This document shows, in pieces, positions 26,101-40,600 of a stretch of DNA of 64,000 nt (position 1 is its first letter; each line of letters begins with the position of its first letter). The stretch is from Tubulanus polymorphus (taxonomy: Eukaryota; Animalia; Nemertea): contig NW_027437446.1 of assembly GCF_964204645.1 (NCBI RefSeq), forward strand, positions 49,090-113,089, written 5' to 3'. The position numbers and the translations under genes are program-made. The notes beneath the pieces are model-generated. The model saw nothing but the letters and a program-made list of their open reading frames with translations. It was not told the origin of the DNA and made no database searches.

Positions 26101-29050
26101 GCGCGAGAAAAGACGTTTTCTCATCAAATTCTCCCCGTATCCGAAAAACGAAAATGTCGATGCGCAAAAGTACTCAAATCGACGGGAAAAGCACATTTCT
26201 ACCCGAAAACGTCGTTCAGCGCGAGAAAAGACGTTTTCTCATCAAATTCTCCCCGTATCGGAAAAACGAAAATGTCGATGCGCAAAAGCGCTCGAATCGA
26301 CGGGAAAAGCACATTTCGACCCGAAAACGTCGTTCAGCCCGAGAAAAGACGTTTTCTCATCAAATTCTCCCCGTATCGGACAAACGAAAATGTCGATGCG
26401 CGAAAGCGCTCAAATCGACGGGAAAAGCACATTCCGACCCGAAAACGTCGTTCAGCCCGAGAAAAGACGTTTTCTCATCAAATTCTCCCCTTATCGGAAA
26501 ACGAAAATGTCGATGCGCAAAAGCGCTCGAATCGACGGGAAAAGCACATTTCGACCCGAAAACGTCGTTCAGCGCGAGAAAAGACGTTTTCTCATCAAAT
26601 TCTCCCCGTATCCGAAAAACGAATATGTCGATGCGCAAAAGCGCTCGAATCGACGGGAAAAGCACATTTCGACCCGAAAACGTCGTTCAGCGCGAGAAAA
26701 GACGTTTTCTCATCAAATTCTCCCCGTATCCGAAAAACGAAAATGTCGATGCGCAAAAGTACTCAAATCGACGGGAAAAGCACATTTCTACCCGAGAACG
26801 TCGTTCAGCGCGAGAAAAGACGTTTTCTCATCAAATTCTCCCCTTATCGGAAAACGAAAATGTCGATGCGCAAAAGCGCTCGAATCGACGGGAAAAGCAC
26901 ATTTCGACCCGAAAACGTCGTTCAGCCCGAGAAAAGACGTTTTCTCATCAAATTCTCCCCTTATCGGAAAACGAAAATGTCGATGCGCAAAAGCGCTCGA
27001 ATCGACGGGAAAAGCACATTTCGACCCGAAAACGTCGTTCAGCGCGAGAAAAGACGTTTTCTCATCAAATTCTCCCCGTATCCGAAAAACGAAAATGCGC
27101 TCAAATCGACGGGAAAAGCACATTTCGACCCGAAAACGTCGTTCAGCGCGAGAAAAGACGTTTTCTCATCAAAATCTCCCCGTATCCGAAAAACGAAAAT
27201 GTCGATGCGCAAAAGTACTCAAATCGACCGGAAAAGCACATTTCGACCCGAAAACGTCGTTCAGCGCGAGAAAAGACGTTTTCTCATCAAATTCTCCCCT
27301 TATCGGAAAACGAAAATGTCGATGCGCAAAAGTGCTCAAATCGACGGGAAAAGCACATTTCTACCCGAAAACGTCGTTCAGCGCGAGAAAAGACGTTTTC
27401 TCATCAAATTCTCCCCGTATCGGAAAACGAAAATGTCGATGCGCAAAAGCGCTCGAATCGACGGGAAAAGCACATTTCGACCCAAAAACGTCGTTCAGCG
27501 CGAGAAAAGACGTTTTCTCATCAAATTCTCCCCGTATCCGAAAAACGAAAATGTCGATGCGTAAAGGCGCTCAAATCGACGGGAAAAGCACATTTCGACC
27601 CGAAAACGTCGTTCAGCGCGAGAAAAGACGTTTTCTCATCAAATTCTCCCCGTATCGGAAAAACTAAAATGTCGATGCGCAAAAGTACTCAAATCGACGG
27701 GAAAAGCACATTTCTAACCGAAAACTTCGTTCAGCGCGAGAAAAGACGTTTTCTCATCAAATTCTCCCCGTATCGGAAAAACGAAAATGTCGATGCGCAA
27801 AAGAGCTCAAATCGAAGGGAAAAGCACATTTCGACCCGAAAACGTCGTTCAGCGCGAGAAAAGAAGTTTTCTCATCAAATTCTCCCCGTATCGGAAAAAC
27901 GAAAATGTCGATACGCAAAAGCGCTCAAATCGACGGGAAAAGCACATTTCGACCCGAAAACGTCGTACAGCCCGAGAAAAGACGTTTTCTCATCAAATTC
28001 TCCCCTTATCGGAAAACGAAAATGTCGATGCGCAAAAGCGCTCGAATCGACGGGAAAAGCACATTTCGACCCGAAAGCGTCGTTCAGCGCGAGAAAAGAC
28101 GTTTTCTCATCAAATTCTCCCCGTATCCGAAAAACGAATATGTCGATGCGCAAAAGCGCTCGAATCGACGGGAAAAGCACATTTCGACCCGAAAACGTCG
28201 TTCAGCGCGAGAAAAGACGTTTTCTCATCAAATTCTCCCCGTATCCGAAAAACGAAAATGTCGATGCGCAAAAGTACTCAAATCGACGGGAAAAGCACAT
28301 TTCTACCCGAAAACGTTCAGCGCGAGAAAAGACGTTTTCTCATCAAATTCTCCCCTTATCGGAAAACGAAAATGTCGATGCGCAAAAGCGCTCGAATCGA
28401 CGGGAAAAGCACATTTCGACCCGAAAACGTCGTTCAGCGCGAGAAAAGACGTTTTCTCATCAAATTCTCCCCGTATCCGAAAAACGAATATGTCGATGCG
28501 CAAAAGCGCTCGAATCGACGGGAAAAGCACATTTCGACCCGAAAACGTCGTTCAGCGCGAGAAAAGACGTTTTCTCATCAAATTCTCCCCGTATCCGAAA
28601 AACGAAAATGTCGATGCGCAAAAGTACTCAAATCGACGGGAAAAGCACATTTCTACCCGAAAACGTCGTTCAGCGCGAGAAAAGACCTTTTCTCATCAAA
28701 TTCTCCCCGTATCGGAAAAACGAAAATGTCGATACGCAAAAGCGCTCAAATCGACGGGAAAAGCACATTTCGACCCGAAAACGTCGTTCAGCCCGAGAAA
28801 AGACGTTTTCTCATCAAATTCTCCCCTTATCGGAAAACGAAAATGTCGATGCGCAAAAGCGCTCGAATCGACGGGAAAAGCACATTTCGACCCGAAAACG
28901 TCGTTCAGCCCGAGAAAAGACGTTTTCTCATCAAATTCTCCCCTTATCGGAAAACGAAAATGTCGATGCGCAAAAGCGCTCGAATCGACGGGAAAAGCAC
29001 ATTTCGACCCGAAAACGTCGTTCAGCGCGAGAAAAGACGTTTTCTCATCA
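17160..29050. repeat. ~6.1-kb (52 monomer) near-identical tandem duplication in domain B
   Basis: Private variants recur at offset 6101 (GACTCGA ~18754/24855, GGAAGAACG ~19635/25736, AACAGCAC ~19680/25781). After a 65-bp deletion at ~25963 the offset is 6036 (GGACAAAC ~20342/26378, CCGAGAAC ~20756/26792, CTAACCG ~21678/27714, AAAGCGTC ~22038/28074). Identical ORF translations at 20236..21528 and 26272..27564 agree. Confidence 0.9.
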
Positions 29051-32000
29051 AATTCTCCCCGTATCCGAAAAACGAAAATGTCGATGCGTAAAAGCGCTCA
29101 AATCGACGGGAAAAGCACATTTCGACCCGAAAACGTCGTTCAGCGCGAGAAAAGACGTTTTCTCATCAAAATCTCCCCGTATCCGAAAAACGAAAATGTC
29201 GATGCGCAAAAGTACTCAAATCGACCGGAAAAGCACATTTCGACCCGAAAACGTCGTTCAGCCCGAGAAAAGACGTTTTCTCATCAAATTCTCCCCTTAT
29301 CGGAAAACGAAAATGTCGATGCGCAAAAGTGCTCAAATCGACGGGAAAAGCACATTTCTACCCGAAAACGTCGTTCAGCGCGAGAAAAGACGTTTTCTCA
29401 TCAAATTCTCCCCGTGTCGGAAAACGAAAATGTCGATGCGCAAAAGCGCTCGAATCGACGGGAAAAGCACATTTCGACCCGAAAACGTCGTTCAGCGCGA
29501 GAAAAGGCGTTTTCTCATCAAATTCTCCCCGTATCGGAAAAACGAAAATGTCGATGCGCAAAAGCGCTCGAATCGACGGGAAAAGCACATTTCGACCCGA
29601 AAACGTCGTTCAGCCCGAGAAAAGACGTTTTCTCATCAAATTCTCCCCGTATCGGACAAACGAAAATGTCGATGCGCGAAAGCGCTCAAATCGACGGGAA
29701 AAGCACATTCCGACCCGAAAACGTCGTTCAGCCCGAGAAAAGACGTTTTCTCATCAAATTCTCCCCTTATCGGAAAACGAAAATGTCGATGCGCAAAAGC
29801 GCTCGAATCGACGGGAAAAGCACATTTCGACCCGAAAACGTCGTTCAGCGCGAGAAAAGACGTTTTCTCATCAAATTCTCCCCGTATCCGAAAAACGAAT
29901 ATGTCGATGCGCAAAAGCGCTCGAATCGACGGGAAAAGCACATTTCGACCCGAAAACGTCGTTCAGCGCGAGAAAAGACGTTTTCTCATCAAATTCTCCC
30001 CGTATCCGAAAAACGAAAATGTCGATGCGCAAAAGTACTCAAATCGACGGGAAAAGCACATTTCTACCCGAGAACGTCGTTCAGCGCGAGAAAAGACGTT
30101 TTCTCATCAAATTCTCCCCTTATCGGAAAACGAAAATGTCGATGCGCAAAAGCGCTCGAATCGACGGGAAAAGCACATTTCGACCCGAAAACGTCGTTCA
30201 GCCCGAGAAAAGACGTTTTCTCATCAAATTCTCCCCTTATCGGAAAACGAAAATGTCGATGCGCAAAAGCGCTCGAATCGACGGGAAAAGCACATTTCGA
30301 CCCGAAAACGTCGTTCAGCGCGAGAAAAGACGTTTTCTCATCAAATTCTCCCCGTATCCGAAAAAACGAAAATGCGCTCAAATCGACGGGAAAAGCACAT
30401 TTCGACCCGAAAACGTCGTTCAGCGCGAGAAAAGACGTTTTCTCATCAAAATCTCCCCGTATCCGAAAAACGAAAATGTCGATGCGCAAAAGTACTCAAA
30501 TCGACCGGAAAAGCACATTTCGACCCGAAAACGTCGTTCAGCGCGAGAAAAGACGTTTTCTCATCAAATTCTCCCCTTATCGGAAAACGAAAATGTCGAT
30601 GCGCAAAAGTGCTCAAATCGACGGGAAAAGCACATTTCTACCCGAAAACGTCGTTCAGCGCGAGAAAAGACGTTTTCTCATCAAATTCTCCCCGTATCGG
30701 AAAACGAAAATGTCGATGCGCAAAAGCGCTCGAATCGACGGGAAAAGCACATTTCGACCCAAAAACGTCGTTCAGCGCGAGAAAAGACGTTTTCTCATCA
30801 AATTCTCCCCGTATCCGAAAAACGAAAATGTCGATGCGTAAAGGCGCTCAAATCGACGGGAAAAGCACATTTCGACCCGAAAACGTCGTTCAGCGCGAGA
30901 AAAGACGTTTTCTCATCAAATTCTCCCCGTATCGGAAAAACTAAAATGTCGATGCGCAAAAGTACTCAAATCGACGGGAAAAGCACATTTCTAACCGAAA
31001 ACTTCGTTCAGCGCGAGAAAAGACGTTTTCTCATCAAATTCTCCCCGTATCGGAAAAACGAAAATGTCGATGCGCAAAAGAGCTCAAATCGAAGGGAAAA
31101 GCACATTTCGACCCGAAAACGTCGTTCAGCGCGAGAAAAGAAGTTTTCTCATCAAATTCTCCCCGTATCGGAAAAACGAAAATGTCGATACGCAAAAGCG
31201 CTCAAATCGACGGGAAAAGCACATTTCGACCCGAAAACGTCGTACAGCCCGAGAAAAGACGTTTTCTCATCAAATTCTCCCCTTATCGGAAAACGAAAAT
31301 GTCGATGCGCAAAAGCGCTCGAATCGACGGGAAAAGCACATTTCGACCCGAAAACGTCGTTCAGCGCGAGAAAAGACGTTTTATTCTCCCCTTATCGGAA
31401 AACGAAAATGTCGATGCGCAAAAGCGCTCGAATCGACGGGAAAAGCACATTTCGACCCGAAAACGTCGTTCAGCGCGAGAAAAGACGTTTTCTCATGAAA
31501 TTCTCCCCGTATCCGAAAAACGAATATGTCGATGCGCAAAAGCGCTCGAATCGACGGGAAAAGCACATTTCGACCCGAAAACGTCGTTCAGCGCGAGAAA
31601 AGACGTTTTCTCATCAAATTCTCCCCGTATCCGAAAAACGAAAATGTCGATGCGTAAAAGCGCTCAAATCGACGGGAAAAGCACATTTCGACCCGAAAAC
31701 GTCGTTCAGCGCGAGAAAAGACGTTTTCTCATCAAATTCTCCCCGTATCCGAAAAACGAAAATGTCGATGCGCTAAAGTACTCAAATCGACCGGAAAAGC
31801 ACATTTCGACCCGAAAACGTCGTTCAGCCCGAGAAAAGACGTTTTCTCATCAAATTCTCCCCTTATCGGAAAACGAAAATGTCGATGCGCAAAAGTGCTC
31901 AAATCGACGGGAAAAGCACATTTCTACCCGAAAACGTCGTTCAGCGCGAGAAAAGAAGTTTTCTCATCAAATTCTCCCCGTATCCGAAAAACGAATATGT

Positions 32001-33169
32001 GATGCGCAAAAGCGCTCAAATCGACGGGAAAAGCACATTTCGACCCGAAAACGTCGTTCAGCCCGAGAAAAGACGTTTTCTCATCAAATTCTCCCCTTAT
32101 CGGAAAACGAAAATGTCGATGCGCAAAAGCGCTCGAATCGACGGGAAAAGCACATTTCGACCCGAAAACGTCGTTCAGCGCGAGAAAAGACGTTTTCTCA
32201 TCAAATTCTCCCCGTATCCGAAAAACGAATATGTCGATGCGCAAAAGCGCTCGAATCGACGGGAAAAGCACATTTCGACCCGAAAACGTCGTTCAGCGCG
32301 AGAAAAGACGTTTTCTCATCAAATTCTCCCCGTATCCGAAAAACGAAAATGTCGATGCGCTAAAGTACTCAAATCGACCGGAAAAGCACATTTCGACCCG
32401 AAAACGTCGTTCAGCCCGAGAAAAGACGTTTTCTCATCAAATTCTCCCCTTATCGGAAAACGAAAATGTCGATGCGCAAAAGTGCTCAAATCGACGGGAA
32501 AAGCACATTTCTACCCGAAAACGTCGTTCAGCGCGAGAAAAGAAGTTTTCTCATCAAATTCTCCCCGTATCCGAAAAACGAATATGTCGATGCGCAAAAG
32601 CGCTCAAATCGACGGGAAAAGCACATTTCGACCCGAAAACGTCGTTCAGCCCGAGAAAAGACGTTTTCTCATCAAATTCTCCCCTTATCGGAAAACGAAA
32701 ATGTCGATGCGCAAAAGCGCTCGAATCGACGGGAAAAGCACATTTCGACCCGAAAACGTCGTTCAGCGCGAGAAAAGACGTTTTCTCATCAAATTCTCCC
32801 CGTATCCGAAAAACGAATATGTCGATGCGCAAAAGCGCTCGAATCGACGGGAAAAGCACATTTCGACCCGAAAACGTCGTTCAGCGCGAGAAAAGACGTT
32901 TTCTCATCAAATTCTCCCCGTATCCGAAAAACGAAAATGTCGATGCGCAAAAGTACTCAAATCGACGGGAAAAGCACATTTCTACCCGAAAACGTTCAGC
33001 GCGAGAAAAGACGTTTTCTCATCAAATTCTCCCCGTATCGGAAAAACGAAAATGTCGATGCGCAAAAGTACTCAAATCGACGGGAAAAGTACATTTCTAC
33101 CCGAAAACTTCGTTCAGCGCGAGAAAAGACGTTTTCTCATCAAATTCCCCCCGTATCGGAAAAACGAAA

Positions 33170-36100
33170 ATGTCGATGCGCAAAAGCGCTCAAATCGAAG
33201 GGAAAAGCACATTTCGACCCGAAAACGTCGTTCAGCGCGAGAAAAGAAGTTTTCTCATCAAATTCACCCCGTATCGGAAAAACGAAAATGTCGATACGCA
33301 AAAGCGCTCAAATCGACGGGAAAAGCACATTTCGAACCGAAAACGTCGTTCAGCCCGAGAAAAGACGTTTTCTCATCAAATTCTCCCCTTATCGGAAAAC
33401 GAAAATGTCGATGCGCAAAAGCGCTCGAATCGACGGGAAAAGCACATTTCGACCCGAAAACGTCGTTCAGCGCGAGAAAAGACGTTTTCTCATCAAATTC
33501 TCCCCGTATCCGAAAAACGAATATGTCGATGCGCAAAAGCGCTCGAATCGACGGGAAAAGCACATTTCGACCCGAAAACGTCGTTCAGCGCGAGAAAAGA
33601 CGTTTTCTCATCAAATTCTCCCCGTATCCGAAAAACGAAAATGTCGATGCGCAAAAGTACTCAAATCGACGGGAAAAGCACATTTCTACCCGAAAACGTC
33701 GTTCAGCGCGAGAAAAGACCTTTTCTCATCAAATTCTCCCCGTATCGGAAAAACGAAAATGTCGATACACAAAAGCGCTCAAATCGACGGGAAAAGCACA
33801 TTTCGACCCGAAAACGTCGTTCAACCCGAGAAAAGACGTTTTCTCATCAAATTCTCCCCTTATCGGAAAACGAAAATGTCGATGCGCAAAAGCGCTCGAA
33901 TCGACGGGAAAAGCACATTTCGACCCGAAAACGTCGTTCAGCGCGAGAAAAGACGTTTTCTCATCAAATTCTCCCCGTATCGGAAAAACGAAAATGTCGA
34001 TGCGCAAAAGCGCTCGAATCGACGGGAAAAGCACATTTCGACCCGAAAACGTCGTTCAGCGCGAGAAAAGACGTTTTCTCATCAAATTCTCCCCGTATCG
34101 GAAAAACGAATATGTCGATGCGCGAAAGCGCTCAAATCGACGGGAAAAGCACATTCCGACCCGAAAACGTCGTTCAGCCCGAGAAAAGACGTTTTCTCAT
34201 ATAATTCTCCCCTTATCGGAAAACGAAAATGTCGATGCGCAAAAGCGCTCGAATCGACGGGAAAAGCACATTTCGACCCGAAAACGTCGTTCAGCGCGAG
34301 AAAAGACGTTTTCTCATCAAATTCTCCCCGTATCCGAAAAACGAATATGTCGATGCGCAAAAGCGCTCGAATCGACGGGAAAAGCACATTTCGACCCGAA
34401 AACGTCGTTCAGCGCGAGAAAAGACGTTTTCTCATCAAATTCTCCCCGTATCCGAAAAACGAAAATGTCGATGCGCAAAAGTACTCAAATCGACGGGAAA
34501 AGCACATTTCTACCCGAAAACGTCGTTCAGCGCGAGAAAAGACGTTTTCTCATCAAATTCTCCCCTTATCGGAAAACGAAAATGTCGATGCGCAAAAGCG
34601 CTCGAATCGACGGGAAAAGCACATTTCGACCCGAAAACGTCGTTCAGCGCGAGAAAAGACGTTTTCTCATCAAATTCTCCCCGTATCCGAAAAACGAAAA
34701 TGTCGATGCGTAAAAGCGCTCAAATCGACGGGAAAAGCACATTTCGACCCGAAAACGTCGTTCAGCGCGAGAAAAGACGTTTTCTCATCAAATTCTCCCC
34801 GTATCCGAAAAACGAAAATGTCGATGGGCTAAAGTACTCAAATCGACCGGAAAAGCACATTTCGACCCGAAAACGTCGTTCAGCCCGAGAAAAGACGTTT
34901 TCTCATCAAATTCTCCCCTAATCGGAAAACGAAAATGTCGATGCGCAAAAGTGCTCAAATCGACGGGAAAAGCACATTTCTACCCGAAAACGTCGTTCAG
35001 CGCGAGAAAAGAAGTTTTCTCATCAAATTCTCCCCGTATCGGAAAAACGAAAATGTCAATACGCAAAAGCGCTCAAATCGACGGGAAAAGCACATTTCGA
35101 CCCGAAAACGTCGTTCAGCGCGAGAAAAGACGTTTTCTCATCAAATTCTCCCCGTATCCGAAAAACGAATATGTCGATGCGCAAAAGCGCTCAAATCGAC
35201 GGGAAAAGCACATTTCGACCCGAAAACGTCGTTCAGCGCGAGAAAAGACGTTTTCTCATCATATTCTCCCCTTATCGGAAAACGAAAATGTCGATGCGCA
35301 AAAGCGCTCGAATCGACGGGAAAAGCACATTTCGACCCGAAAACGTCGTTCAGCGCGAGAAAAGACGTTTTCTCATCAAATTCTCCCCGTATCGGAAAAA
35401 CGAAAATGTCGATGCGCAAAAGCGCTCAAATCGAAGGGAAAAGCACATTTCGACCCGAAAACGTCGTTCAGCGCGAGAAAAGAAGTTTTCTCATCAAATT
35501 CACCCCGTATCGGAAAAACGAAAATGTCGATACGCAAAAGCGCTCAAATCGACGGGAAAAGCACATTTCGAACCGAAAACGTCGTTCAGCCCGAGAAAAG
35601 ACGTTTTCTCATCAAATTCTCCCCTTATCGGAAAACGAAAATGTCGATGCGCAAAAGCGCTCGAATCGACGGGAAAAGCACATTTCGACCCGAAAACGTC
35701 GTTCAGCGCGAGAAAAGACGTTTTCTCATCAAATTCTCCCCGTATCCGAAAAACGAATATGTCGATGCGCAAAAGCGCTCGAATCGACGGGAAAAGCACA
35801 TTTCGACCCGAAAACGTCGTTCAGCGCGAGAAAAGACGTTTTCTCATCAAATTCTCCCCGTATCCGAAAAACGAAAATGTCGATGCGCAAAAGTACTCAA
35901 ATCGACGGGAAAAGCACATTTCTACCCGAAAACGTCGTTCAGCGCGAGAAAAGACCTTTTCTCATCAAATTCTCCCCGTATCGGAAAAACGAAAATGTCG
36001 ATACACAAAAGCGCTCAAATCGACGGGAAAAGCACATTTCGACCCGAAAACGTCGTTCAACCCGAGAAAAGACGTTTTCTCATCAAATTCTCCCCTTATC

Positions 36101-37640
36101 GGAAAACGAAAATGTCGATGCGCAAAAGCGCTCGAATCGACGGGAAAAGCACATTTCGACCCGAAAACGTCGTTCAGCGCGAGAAAAGACGTTTTCTCAT
36201 CAAATTCTCCCCGTATCGGAAAAACGAAAATGTCGATGCGCAAAAGCGCTCGAATCGACGGGAAAAGCACATTTCGACCCGAAAACGTCGTTCAGCGCGA
36301 GAAAAGACGTTTTCTCATCAAATTCTCCCCGTATCGGAAAAACGAATATGTCGATGCGCGAAAGCGCTCAAATCGACGGGAAAAGCACATTCCGACCCGA
36401 AAACGTCGTTCAGCCCGAGAAAAGACGTTTTCTCATATAATTCTCCCCTTATCGGAAAACGAAAATGTCGATGCGCAAAAGCGCTCGAATCGACGGGAAA
36501 AGCACATTTCGACCCGAAAACGTCGTTCAGCGCGAGAAAAGACGTTTTCTCATCAAATTCTCCCCGTATCCGAAAAACGAATATGTCGATGCGCAAAAGC
36601 GCTCGAATCGACGGGAAAAGCACATTTCGACCCGAAAACGTCGTTCAGCGCGAGAAAAGACGTTTTCTCATCAAATTCTCCCCGTATCCGAAAAACGAAA
36701 ATGTCGATGCGCAAAAGTACTCAAATCGACGGGAAAAGCACATTTCTACCCGAAAACGTCGTTCAGCGCGAGAAAAGACGTTTTCTCATCAAATTCTCCC
36801 CTTATCGGAAAACGAAAATGTCGATGCGCCAAAAGCGCTCGAATCGACGGGAAAAGCACATTTCGACCCGAAAACGTCGTTCAGCGCGAGAAAAGACGTT
36901 TTCTCATCAAATTCTCCCCGTATCCGAAAAACGAAAATGTCGATGCGTAAAAGCGCTCAAATCGACGGGAAAAGCACATTTCGACCCGAAAACGTCGTTC
37001 AGCGCGAGAAAAGACGTTTTCTCATCAAATTCTCCCCGTATCCGAAAAACGAAAATGTCGATGGGCTAAAGTACTCAAATCGACCGGAAAAGCACATTTC
37101 GACCCGAAAACGTCGTTCAGCCCGAGAAAAGACGTTTTCTCATCAAATTCTCCCCTAATCGGAAAACGAAAATGTCGATGCGCAAAAGTGCTCAAATCGA
37201 CGGGAAAAGCACATTTCTACCCGAAAACGTCGTTCAGCGCGAGAAAAGAAGTTTTCTCATCAAATTCTCCCCGTATCGGAAAAACGAAAATGTCAATACG
37301 CAAAAGCGCTCAAATCGACGGGAAAAGCACATTTCGACCCGAAAACGTCGTTCAGCGCGAGAAAAGACGTTTTCTCATCAAATTCTCCCCGTATCCGAAA
37401 AACGAATATGTCGATGCGCAAAAGCGCTCAAATCGACGGGAAAAGCACATTTCGACCCGAAAACGTCGTTCAGCGCGAGAAAAGACGTTTTCTCATCATA
37501 TTCTCCCCTTATCGGAAAACGAAAATGTCGATGCGCAAAAGCGCTCGAATCGACGGGAAAAGCACATTTTGACCCGAAAACGTCGTTCAGCGCGAGAAAA
37601 GACGTTTTCTCATCAAATTCTCCCCGTATCCGAAAAACGA
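33170..37640. repeat. 2236-bp (19 monomer) tandem duplication in domain B
   Basis: Private variants recur at offset 2236-2237: TCGAACCG ~33332/35568, GATACAC ~33764/36000, CATATAATT ~34198/36434, GATGGGCTA 34823/37060, CCCTAATC 34916/37153, CATCATATTC 35257/37494. Confidence 0.9.
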
Positions 37641-40600
37641 ATATGTCGATGCGCAAAAGTACTCAAATCGACGGGAAAAGCACATTTCTACCCGAAAACG
37701 TTCAGCGCGAGAAAAGACGTTTTCTCATCAAATTCTCCCCGTATCGGAAAAACGAAAATGTCGATGCGCAAAAGTACTCAAATCGACGGGAAAAGTACAT
37801 TTCTACCCGAAAACTTCGTTCAGCGCGAGAAAAGACGTTTTCTCATCAAATTCCCCCCGTATCGGAAAAACGAAAATGTCGATGCGCAAAAGCGCTCAAA
37901 TCGAAGGGAAAAGCAAGTTTCGACCCGAAAACGTCGTTCAGCGCGAGAAAAGACGTTTTCTCATCAAATTCTCCCCGTATCCGAAAAACGAAAATGTCGA
38001 TGCGCAAAAGTACTCAAATCGACGGGAAAAGCACATTTCTACCCGAAAACGCCGTTCAGCGCGAGAAAAGACCTTTTCTCATCAAATTCTCCCCGTATCG
38101 GAAAAACGAAAATGTCGATACGCAAAAGCGCTCAAATCGACGGGAAAAGCACATTTCGACCCGAAAACGTCGTTCAGCCCGAGAAAAGACGTTTTCTCAT
38201 CAAATTCTCCCCTTATCGGAAAACGAAAATGTCGATGCGCAAAAGCGCTCGAATCGACGGGAAAAGCACATTTCGACCCGAAAACGTCGTTCAGCGCGAG
38301 AAAAGACGTTTTCTCATCAAATTCTCCCCGTATCGGAAAAACGAAAATGTCGATGCGCAAAAGCGCTCGAATCGACGGGAAAAGCACATTTCGACCAGAA
38401 AACGTCGTTCAGCGCGAGAAAAGACGTTTTCTCATCAAATTCTCCCCGTATCGGAAAAACGAAAATGTCGATGCGCGAAAGCGCTCAAATCGACGGGAAA
38501 AGCACATTCCGACCCGAAAACGTCGTTCAGCCCGAGAAAAGACGTTTTCTCATATAATTCTCCCCTTATCAGAAAACGAAAATGTCGATGCGCAAAAGCG
38601 CTCGAATCGACGGGAAAAGCACATTTCGACCCGAAAACGTCGTTCAGCGCGAGAAAAGACGTTTTCTCATGAAATTCTCCCCGTATCCGAAAAACGAATA
38701 TGTCGATGCGCAAAAGCGCTCGAATCGACGGGAAAAGCACATTTCGACCCGAAAACGTCGTTCAGCGCGAGAAAAGACGTTTTCTCATCAAATTCTCCCC
38801 GTATCCGAAAAACGAAAATGTCGATGCGCAAAAGTACTCAAATCGACGGGAAAAGCACATTTCTACCCGAAAACGTCGTTCAGCGCGAGAAAAGACGTTT
38901 TCTCATCAAATTCTCCCCTTATCGGAAAACGAAAATGTCGATGCGCAAAAGCGCTCGAATCGACGGGAAAAGCACATTTCGACCCGAAAACGTCGTTCAG
39001 CGCGAGAAAAGACGTTTTCTCATCAAATTCTCCCCGTATCCGAAAAACGAAAATGTCGATGCGTAAAAGCGCTCAAATCGACGGGAAAAGCACATTTCGA
39101 CCCGAAAACGTCGTTCAGCGCGAGAAAAGACGTTTTCTCATCAAATTCTCCCCGTATCCGAAAAACGAAAATGTCGATGCGCTAAAGTACTCAAATCGAC
39201 CGGAAAAGCACATTTCCACCCGAAAACGTCGTTCAGCCCGAGAAAAGACGTTTTCTCATCAAATTCTCCCCTTATCGGAAAACGAAAATGTCGATGCGCA
39301 AAAGTGCTCAAATCGACGGGAAAAGCACATTTCTACCCGAAAACGTCGTTCAGCGCGAGAAAAGAAGTTTTCTCATCAAATTCTCCCCGTATCGGAAAAA
39401 CGAAAATGTCAATACGCAAAAGCGCTCAAATCGACGGGAAAAGCACATTTCGACCCGAAAACGTCGTTCAGCGCGAGAAAAGACGTTTTCTCATCAAATT
39501 CTCCCCGGATCCGAAAAACGAATATGTCGATGCGCAAAAGCGCTCAAATCGACGGGAAAAGCACATTTCGACCCGAAAACGTCGTTCAGCCCGAGAAAAG
39601 ACGTTTTCTCATCAAATTCTCCCCTTATCGGAAAACGAAAATGTCGATGCGCAAAAGCGCTCGAATCGACGGGAAAAGCACATTTCGACCCGAAAACGTC
39701 GTTCAGCGCGAGAAAAGACGTTTTCTCATCAAATTCTCCCCGTATCCGAAAAACGAAAATGTCGATCAAATCGACGGGAAAAGCACATTTCGACCCGAAA
39801 ACGTCGTTCAGCGCGAGAAAAGACGTTTTCTCATCAAATTCTCCCCGTATCCGAAAAACGAAAATGTCGATGCGCAAAAGTACTCAAATCGACGGGAAAA
39901 GCACATTTCGTCGTTCAGCGCGAGAAAAGACCTTTTCTCATCAAATTCTCCCCGTATCGGAAAAACGAAAATGTCGATACGCAAAAGCGCTCAAATCGAC
40001 GGGAAAAGCACATTTCGACCCGAAAACTTCGTTCAGCCCGAGAAAAGACGTTTTCTCATCAAATTCTCCCCTTATCGGAAAACGAAAATGTCGATGCGCA
40101 AAAGCGCTCGAATCGACGGGAAAAGCACATTTCGACCCGGAACGTCGTTCAGCGCGAGAAAAGACGTTTTCTCATCAAATTCTCCCCGTATCGGAAAAAC
40201 GAAAATGTCGATGCGCAAAAGCGCTCGAATCGACGGGAAAAGCACATTTCGACCCGAAAACGTCGTTCAGCGCGAGAAAAGACGTTTTCTCATCAAATTC
40301 TCCCCGTATCGGAAAAACGAAAATGTCGATGCGCGAAAGCGCTCAAATCGACGGGAAAAGCACATTCCGACCCGAAAACGTCGTTCAGCCCGAGAAAAGA
40401 CGTTTTCTCATATAATTCTCCCCTTATCGGAAAACGAAAATGTCGATGCGCAAAAGCGCTCGAATCGACGGGAAAAGCACATTTCGACCCGAAAACGTCG
40501 TTCAGCGCGAGAAAAGACGTTTTCTCATGAAATTCTCCCCGTATCCGAAAAACGAATATGTCGATGCGCAAAAGCGCTCGAATCGACGGGAAAAGCACAT

